A stretch of 64,000 nucleotides of DNA from a virus. The notes below the pieces were generated by a model. That model was not told where the DNA came from and ran no database searches. It worked only from the letters and a program-made list of their open reading frames with translations. Where the stretch lies: positions 1 through 64,000 of the IMG/VR virus record IMGVR_UViG_3300019487_000001. One strand, given 5' to 3'. Both the position numbers and the translations under genes were made by a program. The number at the start of each line of letters is the position of its first letter. The stretch's first letter is position 1. Shown here piece by piece: positions 54,178 to 62,324 of this stretch.

Positions 54178-55173
54178 TTACTTGGCTTGCGCCTTGACTC
54201 GGCGCCAAGCGTCCCAAACTCGGTCTTTATCCGAAGGTTTGAGAGACTGCGTGGCTTGATATAAATCCTTGCCATTAATTTTATTGGCACGAATCTTTTC
54301 AATCAAGCCATACGCAGGATCCTGGCTCTTGCGTAGCGAAGCGAAGCCTTTCCAGGTCGCCCAGATGATATTCTGTTCATCTTTGGTGAAGGGCGACACT
54401 GAGCCCTTAGGATTCACCTTGAGGTGAATCATTTTGCCAAGGAAGTGGATTTGTTTATCAGAGCGAATCTGATTGAGCAAATCCAAGCAGGCTTGCGAGT
54501 ATACTCGCTTCTTGGCATTGGCTATTTTGTTATCTAGATACTTAGCCTGAGACGGTGGCTCACGCCAGTTGTCACGGTTGGTATCCACGTCGGGCAACCA
54601 GGCGTCAGAGCCACGCTCGTTGCTGTGGACTTCGGCAAAAGATTCTATTACGGGATGCTCCCCGGAATAGAACTCTTGGCCACAGAAGTCAACGATCTGG
54701 TCGTGGACCAGGCCACGAGCGACGTTGCGTACGGCTCTACGAGGACCGATAGTAACGTTGATTTTACGGGCTGTTTCCAAGGCCTCGGCTTCATCGAGTT
54801 TGCCTTGTGCCTGTAAGGCAGCCACGCCCTCAGGCGTGGCGTTCATGGTGAACTTGAACGTTCTCGCATCAGTTTCTTCAGCGAGTTCGTAGAACGACTC
54901 GAGTTCACCGAGCATGTCTTCCTGGCTAAGGCCAGGCTGCTCAAGCAGGCTATTAAACCAGCGGTTAGCAAGTTTAGTAGCACGCTCCATGGTCCACTGT
55001 TTAGGTTCTCTGCGGTTGACACGACTCATAGTCTTGTCAACGCTATCACAGGCTTCGTTATCAGCCTGTGCATCAGAGTCCGTATGGACGATGAAGCCAT
55101 GTCCATCGGCAGCGAAGTTGCCGTATAGAAATGATTCTTCTTGATCAGCGTTTTGGTTTTGGATAGTTTCCAT
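54178..55173 (-). CDS. hypothetical protein
   Basis: Start taken at METIQNQ (ATG 55173), 8 nt after AGGAGG. The track ORF extends to 55251. Confidence 0.6.
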   Translation of the reverse strand: METIQNQNADQEESFLYGNFAADGHGFIVHTDSDAQADNEACDSVDKTMSRVNRREPKQWTMERATKLANRWFNSLLEQPGLSQEDMLGELESFYELAEETDARTFKFTMNATPEGVAALQAQGKLDEAEALETARKINVTIGPRRAVRNVARGLVHDQIVDFCGQEFYSGEHPVIESFAEVHSNERGSDAWLPDVDTNRDNWREPPSQAKYLDNKIANAKKRVYSQACLDLLNQIRSDKQIHFLGKMIHLKVNPKGSVSPFTKDEQNIIWATWKGFASLRKSQDPAYGLIEKIRANKINGKDLYQATQSLKPSDKDRVWDAWRRVKAQAK

Positions 55174-55290
55174 GATACTAGACCTCCTGTTAAAAGTTAA
55201 ATGTTTCGATTTCATGTTTGCATACCCCTCACCGAAGTGTGGGGGTTGCAAACTGAAATCCTTTCTGAACCACTAAACACAGGAGGGCTT

Positions 55291-55401
55291 ATGGAAACTA
55301 CCATAATCCTACCTATCGTATTTAGTTGCCTCATTGCTTTCGGCAACGGGGTCTTAATTCTTCCTCTTTGCGAGCGAGCGGAAGCGAGCGAGCTTGTATA
55401 A
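55291..55401 (+). CDS. 36-aa hydrophobic peptide on the opposite strand
   Basis: AGGAGG lies 4 nt before the ATG. Reads METTIILPIVFSCLIAFGNGVLILPLCERAEASELV, with one TM segment. Sits in an intergenic gap between minus-strand units. Confidence 0.3.
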   Translation: METTIILPIVFSCLIAFGNGVLILPLCERAEASELV

Positions 55402-55503
55402 TAGACATTATGCACAGCTGAGTGACAAACTCGTTTTGGCACGAGGCGTGCTCACATAAATAATGCTGCCTCACTGCGCTCGGCAGCCTGTGATACGCTA
55501 GAC

Positions 55504-55537
55504 AAAAAAAGGGCCGGTAGCGTGATGCTACCGGCCC
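55504..55537 (-). terminator. intrinsic terminator after ssb
   Basis: 11-bp stem gggccggtagc/gctaccggccc. A 7-nt A-run on the plus strand gives a U-run on the minus strand. Confidence 0.75.
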
Positions 55538-55562
55538 CGACTATATACTCTCTTAGAGTGAA

Positions 55563-55982
55563 CTACTCTTGAGAGGCAGCCAAGGATTTAGCCTTCAGCG
55601 TGAAACGCGCTTCCGGATCCTTAGCAAGGCTCTGAATCTCACGAGCCACGATCTCAGTCCGGTACCCTTTGGTACCTTCCTTCGTATCGAACTCACGAGT
55701 CTTCAGTTTGCCGATCACGCGGATGAACGCGCCCTTGGCGAGTTTCTCCGTGATCTGTTCGGCAAGGCCTTCCCAAGCGGTAATGCGGTGCCACTCGGGT
55801 TCGGTCTCAACTTCCTTGCCTTCGACTGTGAAACGCTCACGCGTACACAGGCTGAAGGTAGCAAGTTTCTTACCCGATTCAGGGAATTCCCTGACTTCGG
55901 GCGCACCGCCGATATTACCCACTAACTCAACATGATTGTTGGTGCGGGCATAGTGCGCTTGTTTGTCTGTCTGTTCACTCAT
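55563..55982 (-). CDS. ssb: OB-fold single-stranded DNA-binding protein
   Basis: NHVELVGNIGGAPEVR, WHRITAWEGLAE, IRVIGKLKTREF. It lacks the usual acidic DDDIPF tip. Confidence 0.85.
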   Translation of the reverse strand: MSEQTDKQAHYARTNNHVELVGNIGGAPEVREFPESGKKLATFSLCTRERFTVEGKEVETEPEWHRITAWEGLAEQITEKLAKGAFIRVIGKLKTREFDTKEGTKGYRTEIVAREIQSLAKDPEARFTLKAKSLAASQE

Positions 55983-56184
55983 TGTTTTTCTCCTTATTGT
56001 TAGAGTGGAACACTTTCGAAACTTTCATAAAAACTGAAGTTTTGAAAGTGTGAAGCCTGTTGCCCATGGTGTCGGGCGAACCAGCACACGCTTTCTCTTT
56101 CTTCATATCCTTACGAAGTCTCTTCAATTGAACCAGACTCTCTTCGAGCCTGGCAATCAAAGTATTAAGTTCTTCTGTATTCAT
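55975..56184 (-). CDS. hypothetical protein
   Basis: 69-aa ORF. Confidence 0.45.
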   Translation of the reverse strand: MNTEELNTLIARLEESLVQLKRLRKDMKKEKACAGSPDTMGNRLHTFKTSVFMKVSKVFHSNNKEKNNE

Positions 56185-56208
56185 GTATTACTCCTACACG
56201 TAGTGCGA

Positions 56209-56646
56209 TTAGCACGCAGTGGGCCTCACTGCATTCATCGCATGAATTGCGTGATAGCCTTTTGTTCTAGAAGTGACATGAACATGGCACTGATAGAACT
56301 CTGCCAATTCTTCGGCTTTAAGCCAAGCATCGCCCATTTGTAGGTTTGATACCTCAAACATCCTCTCGACCGTTGGACTAAAAGGATCAACGGCTCGAGT
56401 GTAACTTACTGGGAGATAGCGTACGGCTTTCACCGAGAACGTATCTGTTTGTGCATCATGATCCATGATGATCTGCACATTGTTGTCTTTGGCATAAGCG
56501 CGAGCTTTATTGGTGAGGTCCAAGGACCGAACCAATCCAAAGCGAGCGCCGTACTCTCTCAAGAGTACGAAGGTCTTACGACCAAAGATCATAAGCAAGG
56601 CTATGATCGAGCCAACGGTAACGTTGAGTATAAGTAATTCTTCCAT
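56209..56646 (-). CDS. hypothetical protein with N-terminal TM segment
   Basis: 145-aa ORF. Confidence 0.5.
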   Translation of the reverse strand: MEELLILNVTVGSIIALLMIFGRKTFVLLREYGARFGLVRSLDLTNKARAYAKDNNVQIIMDHDAQTDTFSVKAVRYLPVSYTRAVDPFSPTVERMFEVSNLQMGDAWLKAEELAEFYQCHVHVTSRTKGYHAIHAMNAVRPTAC

Positions 56647-56674
56647 GATATTTCTCCTTCTTAGGTTTTAGGTA

Positions 56675-56866
56675 TTAGATCTTGGGCATGATCAACTTGG
56701 CGAGTTTCACTCGACCGTTGAGAATGCCTGTTTGAATCTTGGTCTTACCAGTTGCCAGGGCTGGACGCGATACGTTGTATAGCGATACAGCCTTAGTCTT
56801 GGTGGCCTGCATAGCAGACACCAATGACGGGACAACACGATTCTTGATCTGATTGAATTTATCCAT
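56675..56866 (-). CDS. hypothetical protein
   Basis: 63-aa ORF. Confidence 0.45.
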   Translation of the reverse strand: MDKFNQIKNRVVPSLVSAMQATKTKAVSLYNVSRPALATGKTKIQTGILNGRVKLAKLIMPKI

Positions 56867-56947
56867 GATACTTCTCCTTTATGAGTTAAGTTAATAACTC
56901 GGGTTTTAGGCGAGCCGCCCGGAACGGGCGGCGAGCCTCTATTGTTA

Positions 56948-57265
56948 CTAGAACAAATCTTCCTCATCTTCATCGAACTCTGCATCATCACCTGTCTCTG
57001 CAACAGGGGCAGGTGACTCGAGTTCAATAGTTGTGAAGAAATCGTCATCGTACTCACTATCTTCGTCTTCATCTTCAGGCTCCTGGTCAGGACCAGGAGG
57101 AAGTTCAGACAGATGTTGTTCGTACTCAGGAATCCGATATAACCCAGTTGTATCGGATTCAACGATCTCTCCTGCTTCGAGCATCATCTTGATGATGTCT
57201 TCGCGGGGATAGTTGGCCGACAGGCCACGTTCTTCAGCGAATGCCTTGATAAGTTCTTCAATCAT
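56948..57265 (-). CDS. strongly acidic hypothetical protein
   Basis: 105-aa ORF ending EFDEDEEDLF. Confidence 0.5.
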   Translation of the reverse strand: MIEELIKAFAEERGLSANYPREDIIKMMLEAGEIVESDTTGLYRIPEYEQHLSELPPGPDQEPEDEDEDSEYDDDFFTTIELESPAPVAETGDDAEFDEDEEDLF

Positions 57266-57417
57266 AATAACCTCCTAGTAAAAGTTAAATAAGTATTATT
57301 GACTTTAAGCCACACCTGGAAGCACGAAGTGCTGAACCTAGTGTAGCAAGTATCCACCCGCAGGGTGGGGAGGCGGAGGAAACTCCTCCGCCTCTGACTT
57401 CTCTTATTGTACCCGAC

Positions 57418-57690
57418 TTATCTGTTGACTCGTCGATTGTGTCTCTCAATCGACTTATGAACAGGAGTGAAGATCTTTAATCTGGTCTGTAGGACCATAT
57501 CCGAGACCTTGTAGTCATTGGCTTTGGCTATGAAGATCACGAGGCGATCTTCTGACAAAGCCATCATATCCGAGATGTGTAGCCCGACGTTCCGGAGGAA
57601 TGACTGGGCTTCTTGGATTTGGTCGGGGTGAATGATCTTATGAGCCACGACCGTGTACTGAGACTTCTTGTTTTGCATTAAATGAACCAT
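57418..57690 (-). CDS. hypothetical protein
   Basis: 90-aa ORF preceded by GGAGGA. Confidence 0.5.
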   Translation of the reverse strand: MVHLMQNKKSQYTVVAHKIIHPDQIQEAQSFLRNVGLHISDMMALSEDRLVIFIAKANDYKVSDMVLQTRLKIFTPVHKSIERHNRRVNR

Positions 57691-57699
57691 GGTTAGGTC

Positions 57700-58880
57700 C
57701 TCCTTGTTTTGCTACTCACGAAATTGTGAGGAGCGTTGTGAATAGATAGATACTAGAAACACAAGCGGTCAAAAGGGATGACAAATATGTGGCAGAGCTT
57801 GCTGGCGAAGGGGTCTTCTTGTATAGCGTAGCGAAACAAGAAGACAGCCGTGATCCGGCGGAGACACAGTATCCGCCGGAGCGAAGGCGGTCCCGAGCCA
57901 ATGCAAGTGAATGCCAAGCGGGGCTGCACCTCCTAGCGAAGCGTTGAGGTGCAGCCGAGAGCGCATATTTGGCATAGAGAGCGAGGAAATTCAAATGCGC
58001 AGCATTTAATTTCTGAGCGAATGACCTTTTGCTTAGCGCGTCACCTTGAGAACAACGCGACGAGCAGGTAGCAAAAGAAGTGAGGACTATCACATGGTCT
58101 AGGTAAACCAGCGACCACGTGAGTCTCAGCCATGGGACTTAAGAAATCCATGAGTCTTGCATTACAGGGATAATGCAAGACCGTAGGGCACGAGAGCCTG
58201 TAGGCGTCCCCGTAAGTCAGGCGCAGCCTAACTGAAGGCCCCGGAACAAAGTGCAGGGGTTGTGAGCGATGAGACAATCGCGAGCAAGGCGAGAGTAGCG
58301 CGTTAGCAGGGAGATCGACCGAGCCGTGTGTCAACCCCAGAGCAACGCAGTGGCGTTGGTTGGGGTCCAACGAATAGAAGGATCTATTCTTGCACACGGC
58401 GAATTGATCGACTTGCTAAAAGCGATACGATGCCCGGGTTTCTCAGTTAGAGCGAACGCAGTGAGCTTGTACCTAGTAGGTAGGGAGTGAGCGACAAATG
58501 GCGAGCGCCGCAAGGCCCGAGCCAGCCCGTTGCCGAAGGCAAAAGGGCCTTTAGTTTGTAGCCGAATGCACGGGTGGAGTGTTGACCAAGCAAGCGCACA
58601 CCATGGCGTAAACGCAGTGGCACGCGCAGCGACTCAACGACGGAACCGGTGCAGAGGCAGTGCTCACGAATAGGCCGCTTAGGACAAGCGACCGCAGTGA
58701 GAGCGCAGCGTAACGCTGCGGGAGTAGGACAGTTTGGTATTAGTGTCTATAAGCGAGGCTGGAAGAGCAAGCGGAGCGGCTCGTTCCAGCCAGCGCAGAC
58801 CCTGAATGTAAGCAAAGAGTCTTAGGGCTTGGGTGAGTAACAAAGCGCAGCTTTGTACGAACCTCAAGCCAGGTCGGCGA
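57700..58880. other. hairpin-dense, GC/purine-skewed non-coding block A
   Basis: Perfect stems at 57813-57845 (10 bp), 57854-57880 (9), 57922-57956 (11), 58154-58181 (11), 58334-58366 (6+5), 58372-58389 (7), 58530-58542, 58704-58720 (7), 58757-58791 (8+4), 58841-58855. The plus strand is T-poor. The only ORFs are Ser/Arg/Ala/Cys-rich artefacts. Confidence 0.6.
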
Positions 58881-58883
58881 GGA

Positions 58884-59153
58884 CTATTGTCCTCTCCTCC
58901 GTTGTAACTCTCTGGCTATAGCCAAACAGATAGCGATGTTATCAGTACACTCAGGTGAGTCACTATGGTCTTTGACCAAGGTACCAAGACCATCAACAAG
59001 GCGTCTAAAGAGCGCCTTGGTAGGGAACAGTGACGCAGCGAGTCCGAATACATCAAGTCCACCCACCACCCCAGCCGGGGCGGGCGTGGACTGGCCATCC
59101 ATATCCGAATCTTCAAACACACTAGTAGATATAACAGTAGTATTCTCTTTCAT
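58884..59153 (-). CDS. hypothetical protein
   Basis: Start taken at MKENTTV (ATG 59153). Ordinary composition, unlike the flanking blocks. Confidence 0.45.
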   Translation of the reverse strand: MKENTTVISTSVFEDSDMDGQSTPAPAGVVGGLDVFGLAASLFPTKALFRRLVDGLGTLVKDHSDSPECTDNIAICLAIARELQRRRGQ

Positions 59154-59305
59154 AAGTATAGTAACTCCATAGTAAGAGAGGATACTCAAGTACCCTCAGG
59201 TTTTAGAACCCAATGTCACCCTATGTGACACTAGGTTTATAAAGAAAATACATTAATTTTGACTGAAATCGAGTCAGAAGAGTACGCATAGCGTACGTTC
59301 ATAAG

Positions 59306-59345
59306 AAAAACCCAATGTAACCATGGTGTTACAAGGGTTTTTCTT
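59306..59345. terminator. bidirectional intrinsic terminator
   Basis: aaaaaccc-aa-tgtaac-catggt-gttaca-a-gggttttt. A-run on one side and T-run on the other. Confidence 0.55.
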
Positions 59346-59349
59346 TAGT

Positions 59350-60100
59350 AGTACTGGTGTCAACGAGACACATACACCTGGTCCGCCAACTTCTAAGCCC
59401 CCGGTTTAGACCCTACACCTACCTCAACGGACAATTCCATTGTCTCTATGTGGGTAGGGGTATAAGAGGGTCTAACAAACCACCCCACGCGGCGGGGCAG
59501 GGTAACGAGGTAGCACAGGGGGGTATGTTTCACATGGCAATCTGTAGATGACATGTGAAAGGTGAAACGAATCGTGGAGAGCGAAGCTCGAACGAGTCGT
59601 GAACCCCAGCGCAGCCGAAGGCAAGCGCAGCATACAGCACCCCCGCAGGGGGTGTATCCCCTAAGTGCGTACATAACCCAGTACGCCGCAGGGACTAGAA
59701 GGGCGAAGGCATGGTTTTGCCTGGCAAAACTAATGCCTGAGCCCAGGTAAGGTACTACGTGGAACGTAGTACATGGAGAGCATGAACGTAGTGAATGCAT
59801 ATAGTGAGCCCAGAGGGCGAACAAGGCGAAGGCATGACTTTTGCGTAAGCAAAAGGCATGACTGAGCCCATGTAGCACTCGTAGGGTGCGGAATGATGAG
59901 GCGAGCGCCGTAGGCGCGAGCCATAGAGATGAGCCCATAGGGCGAATCAATGTATATAGAGCTGCAACAGTACCACTAGAGCGAGGGAACGTAGTGACCG
60001 AGCGTATGCTACGCTATGTACTACATCCCCTCGCTTCAAGTACTATGCAGCGAGCCCCGAAGGGGCGAGCGGGGGTGGTGTTGTGTACTACATACACACC
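59350..60100. other. hairpin-dense non-coding block B
   Basis: Stems at 59531-59557, 59579-59589, 59638-59654 (7 bp), 59667-59686, 59752-59772 (9), 59838-59855 (7, GTAA loop), 59905-59917, 59980-60035 (8+5+6 nested), 60054-60066. TGAGCCCA occurs at 59738, 59805, 59863 and 59930. Confidence 0.6.
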
Positions 60101-60261
60101 TACTCACCCTTGGATAGCAGTATACACATCTCTATCTTATCCTTCTCTTCAAGAAGGTCCATCATCATGCCTACATGAGATGGTGATAGAGGTGTAACAG
60201 CTGTACGTAACACATCTAATTGACTAATGATATCAGTATAGTGATCTTGCAATGTAAACAT
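60100..60261 (-). CDS. 53-aa hypothetical peptide, first ORF of the leftward arm
   Basis: The ATG at 60261 follows AGGAG. Reads MFTLQDHYTDIISQLDVLRTAV.. Confidence 0.4.
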   Translation of the reverse strand: MFTLQDHYTDIISQLDVLRTAVTPLSPSHVGMMMDLLEEKDKIEMCILLSKGE

Positions 60262-60760
60262 AACAATCTCCTAAGTAATGCACTACACCTACCTAGATAC
60301 ACCATGTACCTAGGCGGCGGAGTGCTTGTTAAATATCAAATAACTCAAATAAAAAGATGAATATACCTATCCATCTCGTAGTATAGACCCGGGGGCTTAC
60401 ACGGTAAAACCCTAGGTCTTACTACTCAATCTCACCCTCCAGGAGGTTGTACATGTTTTTCCCCCTCCCTAGGCTTTTTCCCGTATCACCAGTTTCTGCC
60501 CGGAACGCGGGGGGAGGTGATAGCTTTTATATTTTTTCCCCCATTTACAACTCCATATGGAACTTTTCTTCTTCTCCCTTATAGCTGAGTAACTCAGTGG
60601 GTTTTTAAGCTCATCAAGGCAGGGGGCGGGCGTACCCCTAATTCTTCCCTATTAACCTGCCAGAGAGGCGTATAGAAAGCCACAGAGGGTTTTAATGGGT
60701 GTGTAGAGGGGGCGCGTAAATATCTCTTCTAGGATTGTTAATAGGGAGGAAATATTTGTC

Positions 60761-60790
60761 TTGACAAGAAATACCATAGTTAACTAAAAT
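60761..60790 (+). promoter_or_regulatory. sigma70-like promoter
   Basis: TTGACA-18 nt-TAAAAT. No ORF for about 550 nt downstream. Confidence 0.4.
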
Positions 60791-61288
60791 CTCTCTTAGG
60801 AAGTTACACCGAGTTCTTAGGAACTGACAGTCTTTATATTGAGTCTTATAAGAGAATACCGGGATCTTATTCTTTAGCTAGAGTGTAGATCTAGGATAAT
60901 AACCACTAGGGTTTTCATGTAAGTTTTTTATTCCCTCCGCCCTTTGCTAAATTGTTTCCTATGTATAAGTGTTCTTTTTTAGGGTGATTATCTCATATAA
61001 ACTAATCTAAGTGCTCTTTTTAGAGCTTTTATGTGGAGGGACTTTCAACCCATCCCCCGGCCTTTGGTTCGGAAGACTCAGTGAAACTCTGTCTTGGGTG
61101 CAAAGACGTCCAGTGAGTTAAGGTACAATATACTGGACCTTAGCTAGCTTATTGTCCAATATATGATACCTTAAAGCTTCGGGGTTTAGTGTTTACAGTT
61201 CACAGTTAACTGTAAACTTTGGTGTAAACTTTTGCCGTTAAGTGGCTTATTGGAAAGAGTATTTTCCTTTACATGGCGACAAAGGGTC

Positions 61289-61317
61289 TTGTGTTTTTGT
61301 AGGGTGTGTTCTATAAT
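61289..61317 (+). promoter_or_regulatory. sigma70-like promoter of the rightward operon
   Basis: TTGTGT-17 nt-TATAAT, 25 nt upstream of the AGGAGG-ATG at 61342. Confidence 0.5.
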
Positions 61318-61341
61318 GCGAAGAAAAGCTCTAGGAGGTTT

Positions 61342-61830
61342 ATGAGCGACTATGTTCAAATTCTAGACATCCCGTATTTCCAGAAGAGGTACAAGCTTCT
61401 CATGTTTAGTGGGGAGTATGACCCCATGGTGGGGGAGGCTAGGATAGCCTGTGACTATGGGGAAGAAGGATCCGGAAACCCGGATGAGATGGTGTTCTCA
61501 ATACAAGTCGTAAATGATCAGGAGCCCCCTTTGAAAGACAAAGAGAAGGAGCCCTACTTCATTATTGTTCCTAGGCAGTCCTATATGCCCCCGGCGGCGC
61601 AGAAGGAGCTTACGGATGTTACCTATGAGATTGAGGAGCTCTTTCGGGGATTGAATAATGATTCGAATACGAAAGACTGGATGAGTGGAAAGTATGGTGC
61701 ACGTCTTAAGAATATCGGATGGGTACCAGTAGAGTTTAGTAGGATCTTTGAAGTCCATCATGAAGAGTTGGACTTTAAGTCCGTGGGACAGTTGGAACTT
61801 GGCAAGGGGAGATTCGGTAGTCTACTTTAG
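61342..61830 (+). CDS. hypothetical protein with C-terminal RFxxL motif
   Basis: Start taken at the ATG after AGGAGG (the track starts at GTG 61306). Ends ..LGKGRFGSLL. Confidence 0.6.
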   Translation: MSDYVQILDIPYFQKRYKLLMFSGEYDPMVGEARIACDYGEEGSGNPDEMVFSIQVVNDQEPPLKDKEKEPYFIIVPRQSYMPPAAQKELTDVTYEIEELFRGLNNDSNTKDWMSGKYGARLKNIGWVPVEFSRIFEVHHEELDFKSVGQLELGKGRFGSLL

Positions 61831-61847
61831 ACACACGGAGTGATTAT

Positions 61848-62321
61848 ATGGCTGCGAAAGACTTTATGCCCTGGGATGCGCAAAATATGGACAAAGAGCT
61901 AGTCGAGTCCGATGGGTATTGGGACTTAATCAATCGTGCACGCGAGCAGCAACAAAGGCAACTCGAGAGAACCAGAAATAGTGTAGAAGCTATGGTAGCT
62001 GATTTCTTGAGTGACCGTTCAGATAGACAGAAGAATACAGAAAGTGCTGAGAATATTTGTGTTGGGGTCCACAAAATGCTACAGGACTTAAGAGATTCTG
62101 GAATGCTGCCCAAGGGTCGTTACCATGTAGAGTGTCATGACTTAGAGCCTGGTAGGCTGAATGTAAAAGTGGTTCTTAGTCCACCGATGGATGCTATCAA
62201 TTTGGACGTTATTATAGACGAGGCTCGTGGTAAGTCTAAAAGCAGGGATATTATCCTGTGTAGCACGCCGGTTGAGCCCGAAGCGAAACCCAAGAACAGA
62301 TTCAAGGAGCTGCTCTTTTAA
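61848..62321 (+). CDS. hypothetical protein with C-terminal RFxxL motif
   Basis: 157-aa ORF ending ..KPKNRFKELLF. Confidence 0.6.
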   Translation: MAAKDFMPWDAQNMDKELVESDGYWDLINRAREQQQRQLERTRNSVEAMVADFLSDRSDRQKNTESAENICVGVHKMLQDLRDSGMLPKGRYHVECHDLEPGRLNVKVVLSPPMDAINLDVIIDEARGKSKSRDIILCSTPVEPEAKPKNRFKELLF

Positions 62322-62324
62322 GAT

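Noticed and set aside
51544-58464. The 11-mer GAACGCAGTGA shared between block A (58454, plus strand) and the 3' end of the HAD-like gene (51544, minus strand), with a related copy at 55471, as a dispersed functional repeat
   Set aside because: A single exact 11-mer match across 64 kb is expected by chance many times over. It is noted only as a weak hint that short GC-rich hairpin modules may be scattered beyond the main blocks.
59738-59937. CRISPR array suggested by the 58-67-nt periodicity of TGAGCCCA
   Set aside because: The conserved core is only 8 nt (plus a few flanking bases). There is no 25-37-nt direct repeat, and the 'spacers' are themselves related hairpins. No cas genes are in the window.
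57716-59950. Track ORFs inside the hairpin blocks (57716..58093, 57769..57975, 58041..58397, 58331..58513, 58679..58867, 59393..59950, 59730..59924 and the plus-strand ones)
   Set aside because: They are open only because the plus strand is T-poor. The translations are Ser/Arg/Ala/Cys/Leu-rich with no start context. They overlap each other in several frames and are built from palindromes.
59394-60399. 11-nt inverted repeat (TAAGCCCCCGG at 59394, its complement at 60389) and 12-nt direct repeat (CTACACCTACCT at 59413 and 60283) as ends of a mobile element around block B
   Set aside because: A rough estimate gives several such 11-12-mer matches within 1 kb by chance in a 64-kb window. The matches do not extend.
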